DNA from: Ginglymostoma cirratum
Taxonomy: Eukaryota
DNA: 64,000 nt
Assembly: GCA_024137785.1 (NCBI GenBank)
Contig: JAHRHZ010000035.1
Coordinates: 13,615,010-13,679,009, forward strand
Direction of reading: 5' to 3'
Part shown: in pieces, positions 26,434 through 38,570 of the stretch
How the letters are laid out: the number at the start of each line of letters is the position of its first letter
Numbering within the stretch: position 1 is the first letter of the stretch
Translations under genes and position numbers: made by a program
The notes under the pieces: model-generated
The model's input: the letters and a program-made list of their open reading frames with translations, nothing else
Told to the model about the DNA's origin: nothing
The model's database searches: none

Positions 26434-29346
26434 GATAGTAGGAACTGCTGATGCTGGAGAGTCTGAGATAACAAGGTGTAGAGCTGTATGAACACATCAG
26501 GGCAAGCAGCATCAGAGGAGCAGGAAAGCTGACGTTTTGGGTCTGGAGCCTTCTTCAGAAATGGGGGAGGGGAACAGGATTCTGAAATAAATACAGAGAG
26601 AGGGGGAGGCGGATGGAAGATGGATAAAGGAGCAGATAGGTGGAGAGGAGACAGACAGGTCAAAGAGGTGGGGATAGAGCCAGTAAAGGTGAGTGTAGGT
26701 GGGGAGTTAGGGTGGGGATAGGTCAGTCCAGGGAGGATGGATAAGTCAAGGAGGCGGGATGAGGCTGATAGATAGGAGGTGGGGTGGGGCTTGAGGTGGG
26801 AGTTGATAGGTGGGAGGAAGGACGGACAGGTTAGGGATGCAGGTTCGACCTGGGCTGGTTTTGGGATGCGGTCGGGGGAGGGGAGATTTTGAAGCTTGTG
26901 AAGTCTACGTTGATACTATTGGGCTACAGGGTTCCAAAGCGAAATATGAGATGCTGTTCCTGCAACCTTCGGGTGGCTTCGCTGTGGCACTGCAGGAGGC
27001 CCAGGATGGACATGTCATCCAAGGAATGGGAGGGGGAGTTGAAATGGTTCACCACTGGGAGGTGCAGTTGTTTAGTGCGAACCGAGTCTAGGTGTTCCAC
27101 AAAATGGTCTCCAAGCCTCCGCTTGGTTTCCCAGATGTAAAGAAGGCCACATCGGGAACAGTGGATACAGTATACCACATTAGCGGATGTGCAGGTCAAC
27201 ATCTGTTTAATGTGGAATGTCTTCTTGGGGACTGGGATGGGGGTGAGGGGGTAGGGGTAGGGGCAGGCGTAGCACGTCCTGCGGTTGCAGGGAAAAGTGC
27301 CAGGGATGGTGGGGCTGGTGGGGAGTGTGGAGCGGACAAGGGAGTCCCTGAAAGAGTGTTCCCTCCGGAAAGCAGATAAGGGTGGGGAGGGAAAAATGTC
27401 TTTGGTGGTGGAGTCAGATTGCAGATGGCGGAAGTGTCGGAGGATGATGCGTCGGATCCGGAGGTTGGTGGGGTGGTGCGTGAGGACGAGGGGGATTCTG
27501 TTTTGGTTGTTATTGTAGGGAGGGGTTTTGAGAGAAGAGTTGCGGGAAATGCGAGATACATGGTCGAGGGTGTTTTCGACCACTGTGGAGGGGAAGTTGC
27601 GGTCCTTGAAAACGAAGGCATCTGGGATGTCCGGGATTGGAATGCCTCATCTCAGGAGCAGATACTGTGGAGGCAAAGGAATTAGGAGTGGGGGATGGCA
27701 TTTTTGCAGGAAGGTGGGTGAAAGGAGGTGTATTCTAGGTAGCTGTGGGAGTCGGTAGGCTTGAAATGGATATCGCATTCCAGGTGGTTGACAGAGATGG
27801 AAACAGAGAGGCCCAGGAAGAAGAGAGAGGTATCAAAGATGGTCCAGGTGAACTTAAGGTGCAGTGGCAGGTGTAAGTGAAGTGGATGAACTGCTCGAGC
27901 TCCTTGTGGCGGCTGATACAGTCAGCGATGTAACGGAGGAAGAGTGGGGGATTGGGCCAGTGTAGCTATGGAAGGGGGATTGTTCCATGTATCCTGCAAA
28001 GAGGCAGGCATAGCTTGGACCCATGCGGTTACCCATGGCCACCCCCTTTGTTTGTAGAAGGTGGGAGGAATTGAAGGAGAAGTTGTTAAAGGTGAGGACG
28101 ATTTCAGCTAAGCGGATAAGGGTGTCAGTGGAGGGGGACTGGTCGGGTCTGAGGGCCAGGGAGAAGTGGAGGGCCTTTAGGCCATCTGCATGGAGAATGC
28201 AAGTGTATAGGGACTGGACGTCCGTGGTAAAGATGAGGTGTTGGGGACCAGGGAATCAGAAGTTTTGGAGGAGGTGGAGGGCGTGTGTGGTGTCACTGAC
28301 GTAGGTGGGGAATTCCTGGACCGGGGGGGGGGAGAAAATGGAGTCGAGATAAGTGGAGATAAGTTCAGTGGGGCAGGAGCAGGCGTAGACAATGGGTCAA
28401 CCAGGGCATTCAGGTTTGTGGATATTGGGAAGGAGGTAGAAGCGGGCGGTGTGGGGTTAGTGAACGATGAGATTGGAGGCTGTGGGTGGACGGTCACCTG
28501 AAGTGATGAGGTTGTGGATGGTTTGGAAGATGATGTTTTGGTGGTCGGGGTGGGGTCATAATAATGGGGGCGGTAGGAGAGGTGTCAGAGAGCTGGCGTC
28601 TGGCCTCAGCGATGTAGAGGTCAGTGCGCCATACTACAACTGCACCTCCCTTGTCCTTGGGTTTTATGGTGAGATTGGGATTGGAGCGAAGGGAGTGGAG
28701 GACTGCACATTCTGTGGGGCAGAGGTTGGAGTGGGTGAGAGGGGTGGACAGGTTGATGCTATTCATGTGTCGACGGCGGTTGGAGATGAAGAGGTCAAGG
28801 GATGGTAGGGGGCCTTGGGGTGATGTCCAGGAGGAGGGGGTGTGTTGGAGGTGGGAGAAGGGGTCAGTAGAGGGTAAAGGGCTCACCTTTATCCCCTGCA
28901 CCTGAACATCAACGAATACCGCTCACGCTTGGACTTTGAACAGATTTTCTGCTGCTTCTACCTCCTCACTTACTTCTTTAATCGTGAGCCTAACCCTCCC
29001 TCTACTGACCCCTTTCCCACCTCAAGCCCCACCCCCACCTTCTAGCTATCAGTGTCATCCCACTTCCTTGACCTGTCCGCCCTCCCTAACATATCTCCTC
29101 CCTAACTCTCCACCTACACTCACCTTTACTGGCTCCATCCCCGCCTCTTTGACCTGTCTGTCTCCTCTCCACCTATCTGTTCCTTCATCCATCTTCCATC
29201 CGCCTCTCCCTCTCTCCCTATTTATTTCAGAATCCCCTTCCCCTCTCCCATTTCTGAAGAAGGGTCCAGACCCGAAACATCAGCTTTCCTGCCCCTTTGA
29301 TGCTGCTTGGCCTGCTGTGTTCATACAGCTCTACACCTTGTTATCT
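26434..29346 (-). mobile_element. Near-complete Penelope-like element family 1 (RT + GIY-YIG, frameshifted) with inverted 5' end
   Basis: Motifs IKPKDKGGAVVVW, AMGNRMGPSYACLF, RYI.DC, NVVYCIHCSRCGLLYIWETKRRL. 15-bp TSD CATTATTGAAACATA at 26419-26433 and 29347-29361. Confidence 0.93.
29254..29281 (+). ncRNA. Hammerhead ribozyme motif in the inverted PLE end
   Basis: CTGAAGA-A-GGGT(CCAG)ACCC-GAAA-CATC; helix III CpG decayed. Confidence 0.6.
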
Positions 29347-30829
29347 CATTATTGAAACATAAATTCTTAAGAAGTTTGGCAGGTTAGGTGCAGAGAAATT
29401 GTTTCCATTTGTGGACAGTCTAGGACCAGAAGGCATAATATTAGCATAAGACCCATTTAAGACAGAGATAAAGAATGAGGACGATTTTATTTGCTCTCAG
29501 ACGGTAGTCAATCTGTGGGATTCTTTACTACAGAGGACTGTAAGGGCTGTGTTATGAAGTGTTTTCAAGGCTGAGGCAGACAAATCTTTAGTGAGTAAGG
29601 GTTATGGGCACAAGACAGGAAAGTGGAATTGAGGATTATCAGATCAGCCATTAGCAATCTTGCAAGCACCCTGATCACTTGTCTTCCTGAAGTGAGTTAA
29701 ACTGGGCTCTTGAGAGGAATTTGATCTGCTTTACCTCAAGTTGCGCTTTCAACACTGAAAGATATCAAGGGTCATCTCATGCACATTAGCATAACTTAAG
29801 AGTGGAGCCTATGTATTTTGCCTGCAAGTTAACTTGCTGGCTGATGATTATGTTCATGAGATCTATCATGCTGAAGTGCTTTCATCACCTTTCTCCATGA
29901 CCTGTTAATAATAATGGTCTAGCAAACAGTCAAAATTGCTTGTCAGAAATTGATTAACTGCGAGTTGATTTATTCAAAACAGAAAAACACAATTTAAGTT
30001 ATAAAGCAGACATTACAAACTAACTGTGTCTGCAGCTTGCAAACCCAAAGGCGAAAAACAGGTAGGCAAAGTCAAAGTTTTGTATACACACAGCACATGG
30101 TCTCCTTAAGGTCAAATCTTGTAAAGGCAATACATACTTACAACAATCCTAATTACACATGTATATCATCGTCAAAGTGTCCAAAGCAAAAAATTTAAGA
30201 GACTGCTTTCTTTTGGCATCAATATGAAGAGAGTTTATCTTTTACGTTGAATGGTACTGTACATTTGAAGAGAAAGAAAGGAAAGGAGGTAGCTACATTG
30301 TAAGAATTCCCTTATTCTTTGTAACAGTTGACAAGGTGCTCTGTATGTAGCCAAGATTGGTTTGCATAAAACCATTAAGCAAATTGCCAATTCCAAAGTT
30401 TGGCGTGAAGTATTTGGAGGTTGGACAACATATACCAAGATTCTGATACAAGAGATCATTGATAGTTGTTGATAGTTAAGAGCTGGTAACAAAATATATT
30501 GGATTCATCATCCTGTTATTATGCTTCATGATATGGAGTTGCGTGGGAATAGTATTTAGCAGGAAATTGGGGAAGTGTGAAGGGCAAGTTTTATGTTCAG
30601 AAGGAAATTGGGCCAAAGTTATTCAAAATTAGTGTTCCATCACATTCAATTTTCTGCATCTGGGTGATCCACTATATCTGGATGCTTGTCACACCACAGT
30701 AAAGAGATTAGAATATAGTTTTCAAAGATTTCATAATCAAAAATCAAGCTTTTCTTGAAGCCAATGTCATTGTTGTTCCATAAATCTTTACAAGGTGTCA
30801 GATTTGAATCATATGCACCAAAAAGTAAA

Positions 30830-31050
30830 AGGCAAAGTTGATGTAGTCCTACCAGGCCATAGGGCTGCTAGCCCATTAGAGAAAGATGACTGATGATGGT
30901 TTAACCTGAGGATCACCATACCTCAAGCAAGAGGTAAGATTGAGAAGGGGGTACACCTCCATGGTAACATCAGCTGATGTGGGGATTGAACCCACACTAT
31001 AGGCATTACCCTTCATTACAAACCACCTGGCCAGCCAATTGAGCTAACTA
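30830..31050 (-). mobile_element. tRNA-derived SINE
   Basis: Minus strand: A box TTAGCTCAATTGG, B box GGTTCAATCCC, then CAGGTTAAACCA..CTCTAATGGGCTAGCAGCCCTATGG. Confidence 0.75.
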
Positions 31051-31989
31051 AATGTGACACAATTACATCAGGATTTGCTGAAACAAGAACGGTAAACATA
31101 TGCAGTCATGAATTGGAGGTGTTCCTATCTTGTTCAACTTGACAAATAATGAGATTAAAAAGCATGATACAGCATTGGGAAAATTTTGTGGAAATTTTGC
31201 CATTAAGAGAAATATGGGCAATGTTTTGTAAAAGGAAAACTCAGTGCAGAGAACTTGCAAAATCATTCATAATTGATTTTAATAAACTGCTTTTGGTATA
31301 TGTGAATTGTATAAGGAAAACCTAATTGTGAGGGCAAGGGAACGTTCACAGTTAGACACAAATCTAATATTACAGAATGGAGATCCATCATTCCACCTCC
31401 GCCTGGATCTCTCCTTTGGTTTCTTCTCTACTCCCCAAACAGGACTAATCACAAAGCTGTAACTTCGAAGCTACAGGGAAGTAATCCTTTCAAGTCTTGA
31501 ATGTTTTTAAAACACTGAAGTCAAATTCAATTTTTTTGCTGAGAAAAGGATTATTCTATGAAGCAATATATGTTCCAAAGCCCATCTCTTCCAATTATTA
31601 ATTTCTCATTTACATTTGTTTTAGTCATTTATTGCCCTTTTTTCCCTGGCCTAATGAGTTCTTATGAAACGTTTTATTTAAAGCTTTATTATAATTCCCA
31701 GACTAATATAGTAGTATGTTTGCTTTGTGTGAATAAAACCGAATATATTTATTTATTTTTGAATGATCTCAATTTGGAATGCACAGAAGAAATGCTTAAA
31801 GAAAAGTTTGTATTTTGGAAATTTATACAGCCCAGTATATACTACAGGTAGGAGAACCAGAATCAATGCTACTGTTACGACAATAGCTCCTGCTACCATT
31901 ACTCTAAACTGTCATTAATATGACTAGAATGTAAAGTCTCAATTCACTTCAAACTGGACAAAGATCTGTCATCTCAGGAAAGAGCTAAC

Positions 31990-32490
31990 GCACAAGTGAT
32001 ACAAAGCTTGATCAAAGAAGTGGATTTTAATGATGATTTTTATGGGAGAAGATGGTAGAGACAAATTTACTTAGGGTGGGAATTCCAGAGTTTCAAGCAT
32101 ATGCAACTGAAGGTGGGATCATCAATACTGGGCAAGTAAAGGTAAGGGTAGAAGTTCAAGACTTGCAGAGTTCTCAGCGGGTTGTAGGAAAATGGAAATT
32201 ACAGATACAAAGGAAAAAGGTCATGAAGGGATTTCAACAGGAGGATGAGAATTTGAAGTTGGATACTTCAGGGAACCAAAGGAACCAAAGTAACTGAGCA
32301 CAGTGATAAAAGAGTGGGACTTCATTTGGAAGAGAATACATAAAACATGGCTTTGGTTGGGGCATTGGATTATTGAGGATCAAGGATATAAGGGCAGACA
32401 GGAAGCACTAAACCAAGTATCCAGAAGTGACAAAAGTACGGATGAAGGCTTCGTCAGAAGGAGGTGCAGAGATGACTGATGTTACTGAGA
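31990..32490 (-). mobile_element. L2-like LINE 3' remnant (probably continuing at ~34230-34560)
   Basis: ..CAAAGCTTGATCAAAGAAGTGGATTTTAA..GGGAATTCCAGAG..CAACTGAAGG..GAGGATGAGAATTT. Confidence 0.5.
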
Positions 32491-32494
32491 TTAC

Positions 32495-33150
32495 AGAAGG
32501 ATATTATGCAGGTAAAGCAAGCAATCAAGGAAGCTAACAGAATGTTATTTTGAGGGGAATGGAATTTAAGAGTAGAGAGGATATGCTTTAGTTGTACCTT
32601 GGTGAGACCACATCTGGAGTATTGCACTGGGCATGGTACTTATGGAAAGACGTTGATCCATGGGAAGCAGTCCAGTGAAGGCTTACCAGACTAGTACCTG
32701 GAATGAGTCGATTGTCTTATGAGGAAAGTCTAGACCTGTATCATATGGAGTTTAGAAGAATCAGAGGTGACTTAATTGAAGCACATAAGATCCTAAGAGG
32801 ACTTTACTGGGTAGATACATAACGGATGTTTCCTCTGTTGCGAGACTGTGGATCTGGAGGTCACTGTTTAAAAATAAGGGATAATCCACTTAAAACAGAG
32901 ATAAGGGAACTTTTTTTTTTCTCAGAGGGCTATGAGTCTTTGGAATTCCTTTCATCAAAAGGCATATGATGCAGAATTGTTAAGTATTTTTAAGGCAGTG
33001 GTAGATAGATTTTTCATTACCAAGGGTATGGAATATTTTCAGGGATATGCATGAATGTAGAGCTGAGGTCAAATTCAGCTTTCATCTTATTGAAGGGTGG
33101 AGCATGCTTGAAGGGCTGAGTTGCCTTCTCTTGCGACTTGTTTGATGTTC
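32495..33150 (+). mobile_element. CR1 3' fragment
   Basis: TTGGTGAGACCACATCTGGAGTATTG (LVRPHLEY), AGAGGTGACTTAATTGAA (RGDLIE), CR1 tail. Confidence 0.85.
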
Positions 33151-33269
33151 GTAGATGGAAATAGACTGGTTCTTTTTGATGAAATGGAGATGGAGTTGGA
33201 AACTCAGATCTAATTGTAAAACAGGACGCCTAGAATGCAAACATTCTGGTTCCACTAGCTTGAAGGGAG

Positions 33270-34230
33270 TGAATGTTCAGTGCTGGGTCCCTTCCTGTTT
33301 GGTGTGTACATTAATGATCCAGATGTGAATGTAGGAGCTATGATCAGTAAGTTCACAGATAACACAAAAAAGTGATAATGTAGTAAGTAATGAGGAGGAA
33401 AGTCTTAAACTACAGAACAATATTGATGGGTTGGTCAAATGAGCTGAACATTGACAGATGGAATTTAAACTTGAAAAGGGTGAGATGATGCATTTTGGAA
33501 GAACTAACAAAGCAAGGGAATACATATTGAATGATGGGACAGTTCATATCCACAGATCCATGAAGGCAGCAGGGCAGGTAGTTAAACTGGCTAAGGAGAC
33601 ATAAAAGATAAGCCTTTATTAGTCAAGGCATTGAAAACAAGAGCAAGGAGGTTATGAAGGAGCTATATATAATGTTAATTAGGCCACATCTGGAGAACTG
33701 TGTGCTGTTCTAGTTGCCACACAATAGGAAGGATGTGATTGGAGTGGGTGCAGAAGCGAGTCACCAGGCTGTTGCTTGGACTGGAGCAATTCAGCTATGA
33801 AGAGAAAATAATAAATAGACTAAGGATGTTTTCCTTGGAGCTGAGAAAACTGAGGGGTGGATCTGATTGAGGTACACAAAGTTCAGGGACATAGACAGGT
33901 AGACAGGAAGAAACTTTTCCTATTAGAACAGGGGTCAATAACCAGGGTGCACCATTTTACAGTGAGGAGCAGGAGATTGAGAGGCAATTTGAGGAAGACA
34001 TGTTGCATCTAGAAATTTGTGTGTATCTGGAAATCATTGCCAAAAAGTGGTAGTGTCAGAAACCCTCATAATATTTAAGAACTACTTAGATGATTGAAAT
34101 GCCATAGCACACAAGGCTTTGGGCAAGTGCTGAAATTGGATTAGAATAGATAGGTGTTTGATGACTGGCATGGACATGATGGGTTAAAGGGCCTCTTTCC
34201 ATGCTGTTGGAAACTTCTATGACTCTATGT
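33270..34230 (+). mobile_element. CR1 RT-to-3'-end fragment
   Basis: SVLGP.LF..YIND..MISKFTD.TK; RPHLE.CV.F; tail CTATGACTCTATG. Confidence 0.87.
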
Positions 34231-34599
34231 TCCAGCAGGGGAAGCAACCTGTTTGTAGAGCTTCAAACATAAAGCTGTAAAACATTGGATAAGGATTGAG
34301 GAAGCAGTAACTGTTCAAAGACTTTAGAGAAAAAAAAGGCAGTTATTTATTTGGAGAGATGGATGTTTGAGAAGGGAATCGTAATGATGGTTATGAGAGC
34401 AAGGGTAACCTGTGAAATGGGAACCATTTACTATATTTGCTAGTGTGGGGTCTGGAAGGAAAGTTGGTCAGTAAAAAGTTTACTAAGAATAGCGGCTTAA
34501 CGTATCATTTATGGGTCTAATGGACCAAACTGCAGAATGCATGGTGGGAAATGAGATGGAAAAAACAAAACAGAAAATGACACAGGTTCAGGGATAAAA

Positions 34600-34945
34600 T
34601 AAGGTCCAACTAGTCCATGCCAACCATGTTCCTAAATTAAACTAGTCCCATGTGCCTGTGCTTGGCAGATATCCCACCAAACCTTTCCTATTCAAGAACT
34701 TATCCAAATGTCTTTTAAACGTTTTTCTGTACCTGCTTCCCCCACTTTCTCTGGCAGTTTTTCCACACACTAACCACTCTCTGTGTAAAAAAGTTGCCCT
34801 TCATGTCCTTTTTAAATTTTTCCCCTCTCGCCTTAAAAATATGCCCCCTAATTTTGAATTCCCTGACCCTAGGGAAAACACACTTGTCATTCACCTTATC
34901 AATGCCCCTCATCATTTTATAAATCTGACTAAGGTCACCTCAAGA
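34600..34945 (-). mobile_element. CR1 3' fragment
   Basis: Minus ORF MMRGIDKVN..FPRV..RGHIFKARGEKFKKDMKGNFFTQRVVSVW. Confidence 0.88.
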
Positions 34946-35701
34946 ACTCCATTGGCTCACTGTGCTTGTTCTTGCAGTTGAGGGTCGAGGGAGCCGAGCA
35001 GGGGATTGTACGTGGTTTATTGGCAGTGATTAAAATTAAGATTCAGCATTACATTTGCTTTGAGATGATCATTGAGCAGTCAGCAAATTTAGCAGATAGA
35101 AGCAAAATTTCCAAAGTCTTCCAGCTTTCCCAGAAAGCAAAACTATTCCAAAATTAATCCTAAATCAATAGATGTCATAGCAATTATTCCCACATTAAAA
35201 AATCACACTTCCATATTACAATTTTTTTCTAATAAATAATTCTGACTTAGGGATACAATTGAGACACTCTAGTTAAGAAACATTAACCGAGGTTCCTTAA
35301 GACCTTCAGAGTAAATTATTTCATTTAAAAAGAAAGTGTAGGGGCACACAGGTAGTTTCTATAACACAGCTAAAACCTTTGTGTCACCACCAGTCACACA
35401 CATTGATTTTGAATGATCAATCATTGGTGTTTGTAGCTCTCACTTATCCTACAAGTAGCTGCAATATCACACCAGTGGGCGTAGCCTAGCACCTTATCTA
35501 AGACTGATGAGCTAAATGAAAAGAAGTATCATCAACATCATGTGGTGGAGATAGGAGAGCTTCAGATTGCATAAAGTCTGGAAGGATGGAAATGACAAAT
35601 TATTCTCAGAAAATGAAAATGGCTTTAAAGACAAAAACCAGCAACTTGCGTTATGCATTCAGGGCACTCTCTTGATGGAACAGACTTGTGGTCAGCCAAG
35701 C

Positions 35702-36000
35702 TCATAGAATCCCTACAGTGTGGAAACAGGCCATTCAGCTCAACAAGTTCATGCCCACCCTCAGAGCATCCCCCTATAACCCACCCAATCTGCACATCTT
35801 GAACACAATGGACAAGTTAGCCTGGCCAATCCACCTAGCCTGCACATCGTTGGACTGTGGGAAGAAACTGGAGCACCCGGAGGAAACCCACGCAGCCACG
35901 GGGAGAACATGCAAACTCCACACAGATTGTCGCCCGAGGGTAGAATTGAACCCAGACTGGGCGAGGCAGCAGTGCTAACCACTGAGTCACTGTGCTGCCC
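35702..36000 (-). mobile_element. HE1-type V-SINE
   Basis: Minus strand GGGCAGCACAGTGACTCAGTGGTTAGCACTGCTGCCTC..GGGTTCAATTC..GCGTGGGTTTCCTCCGGGTGCTCC; CR1-type tail. Confidence 0.9.
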
Positions 36001-36964
36001 TATAACTTTCATTAGTTGTTACTTTAGAAAGGATAGGGGCATAATCTCATTGTTGGCAATGAAACCTAGTCGCTAAAATACTCTTGCTTACCAACAAAGT
36101 GACTGGTATAACATTCCATCCAAACATTAGAAAAAGAATGGCTCCAGAACAAGAAAGAAATGCTCAAAATAATAATGTGAAAAAAGTAGTGTCATATGCC
36201 CTCGTCTATAATTCCTTAAGTGTGAACAACCGTCAACTAAGCAATAGACCAAGCTTTACGTTTAAAGGATCAGTTTTAATGCCAAGCGTCAAAATACCAA
36301 TCAAGCATTCATAAACGTGTTAATTTTAATCACGAAATTTTTCTAACTGACAAATGTTGGAAAGTGCTTCTTTTTTCCAAGGAGAAACCCAAGTCAACTA
36401 TATTTTTCAGAATTGGTGAAATGACTCAATTTCTTCTAATTCAAAACATATTTCAAATAGAACAGTTAGAAAATAGAAGAAGGCTAGTATAAGGTCTTTG
36501 CATTGGCAGAGAATCAAATACTTTTTGTGGTGATGATAATAGACTTATATCAAAATAAATCAGCTAACGTGATGTCAGATGAAAGTCACTTCCACAGTAC
36601 TATTCTCTGAAGAAGATATAACCCTAATGCTTAAGTTCTTATTAATAAAAACATCTGTAGCGAATTTGTGCATCAAAGAAATTCAGAAAATGTCAACTTG
36701 GAAAATATGTTTCAATAATATGTTGGTGAAATTTCAGAAAACAAATGCCAGACGGACTTCAGAAGTTCAAAAGAAGAAGCCTTAGTTTATGATAAGCAAG
36801 TGCTAGATTTGTTCTGTTAAGTGAAGAACAGAGTAAAAAAAATCAAATACCTTACGAATACCATGAAATGATCGCAGCAGAATAATACTGCACTGATTCA
36901 GACCTGCACTGGTGGTTAACTTGTCTGCACGCACCATCTCTGGTGTTGGGAGTGTAATATATTA

Positions 36965-37295
36965 ATGGCTTGGATGAAGAAGTAGAGAGTTATATATCAA
37001 AGTTTGTAGATGACATAAATGAAGAGGCACAGTAATTTGCGCAGATGAGGGCAAAATGTTACAAAAGGACATAGTCAGACTAGGTGAGTGGTCATAACTA
37101 TTGCAGATAGAATTGAACAATTGGAAGACTGAGGTCAATCCACTTTGTATCAAAGAAATACAAATCAAAATATTTTCTTAAAGGCAGAAGACTAGAGCTA
37201 TGGAAGAGCAAAGGAATTTAGATGTGCAATGGCACTTAATACCAAGAGCTAGTGTACATGTTAAAATAGTAATCCGAACAGCTAACAGAATGTAG
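36965..37295 (+). mobile_element. CR1 RT internal fragment
   Basis: IN.LDE..ISKFVDD.K..LQKDI.RLGEW pattern. Confidence 0.7.
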
Positions 37296-37597
37296 CAGAG
37301 GCTTCAGCAGCAGGTGCTGACAGTCAGGGAGAGCACAGGTCAGGACAGCTTGGACAAATGAATGGACACTTTCTGGAGTAAAGAGTGCTTTAGGGTTAAA
37401 CAGTCTTTGTGGGAAGGAAGATTTGATAGAGAAAGGATTTCCTCAATCAGCTGTAAATACAGTTTTAATTCCAGGTACATAATTTGTCTTCCATATTAAA
37501 CAATAATTTACCTTCATGTCCATAATGACTTGATGCCAGTGGAATAAAAAAAATCCTTGCTCTATCATCTTTGGGCTGTCCATGTGCTTGAATGTCA

Positions 37598-38570
37598 TGT
37601 TACAGGATTTTAAGCATTTGCCTCAAGGGAGCCCTCACCTGAAGTATTATTGAGGCATGGGAGGGTGAACGTTGTCTACTGGACAGACAGCTGAGGACAG
37701 AATTGTGCGATCTCTTTTTGGGATGTCTTGCAGAACCACATGTCAAGAGGCAGTGACAAGGTCACTGACGGGGCATCCCTCGAAATTAGAAGCTGATTGG
37801 GGATGTTTTGGGTATCAAGAACTATTGACCAATCAGAGGCAGTTCTCATGCTCAGTAGTGCAAGACAGGAGGCTGTGGCTGCTACCAAAAGATGACATGA
37901 AGCATAAAGGAAATTATATCTTTACTCTTGGTATAGCTACTGGACAAAGGAGGAAGGAGCTATGACTTGGTGATGTTAAACCATGTTGATCTGAGCCTGG
38001 GTCTCTCAGGCTTCAGATAAGGTGTCCTGTCATGTTAACCTCTTGTATAAAGTCACATTCAATAAATCCTCTTGATGTTTACTCAAAAGATATAGATCTG
38101 ACATTACTATATGGTGGAAACAGAGACCAACCACAGCTTGACATAAGCAATGATCACAGGAAACCTTTCATAATTTTTCATAATCTTCCATAAATGATTT
38201 ATATTGCTTCATGGATGACTGTCAATATGAAAACTTAAAGATTAGCCTCATAAAGGACCACATGTAGTGGGCATACAGGATGAAGTTCTATCAGAAGTTT
38301 ATACTCTAAAGAAGACCTTACCTTACCAAAGGCAGCACAGGACAGGCTGAACTTTACAAACAAAACAAGCCTCTGAACAGGGAGCACAGAGATTATTCTT
38401 GGAGTCAGACCACTGACTCTGACAAAGTTTTCTTCATGAATCAGAAGATTTCTAATGAGCAAGCAAGACATTACTGCTCAGTTATTACTTCATGTTACTG
38501 TTGTGGCACAAAAAAGATACAATGACCGTATCAAACCTTTGATGCAGAAGATGTAATAAATCTGTTGGAT
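37598..38570 (+). mobile_element. Second Gypsy-type family: 5' LTR (~37598-38111), PBS and deleted gag remnant
   Basis: TGTTAC start, AATAAA near 38061, TGG PBS-like at 38112. From 38190: INDLYCFMDDCQYENLKISLIKDH / VVGIQDEVLSE / LYSKEDLTLPKAAQ, then a CYCCG zinc-knuckle-like stretch. Confidence 0.7.

Larger units (their letters stand above)
26335..29655 (+). mobile_element. CR1 3' fragment split by the PLE (26335-26433 and 29347-29655)
   Basis: ..GAAGGAGAGGAGACATTATTGAAACATA|AATTCTTAAG..TTGTTTCC..CTCAGACGGTAGTCAATCTGTGG is a contiguous CR1 ORF2 C-terminus once the PLE is removed. Confidence 0.8.
24100..30800 (-). mobile_element. Ancient, heavily decayed non-LTR retrotransposon (I/Vingi- or RTE-like) hosting nested insertions
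   Basis: Scattered minus-strand RT-like remnants (AF..F.K..DS near 25870, VP..SVLS near 25500, ADD-like near 25400, WNSSH.K near 25020). Extent and clade uncertain. Confidence 0.4.

Noticed and set aside
31740-31850. RRM-like peptide LFLNDLNLECTEEMLKEKF and a possible exon
   Set aside because: AT-rich, weak acceptor, no RNP1 motif; probably chance.
35349-35367. CAGGTAGTTTCTATAACAC, similar to the MITE TIR
   Set aside because: No partner inverted repeat found nearby; at most a lone remnant.
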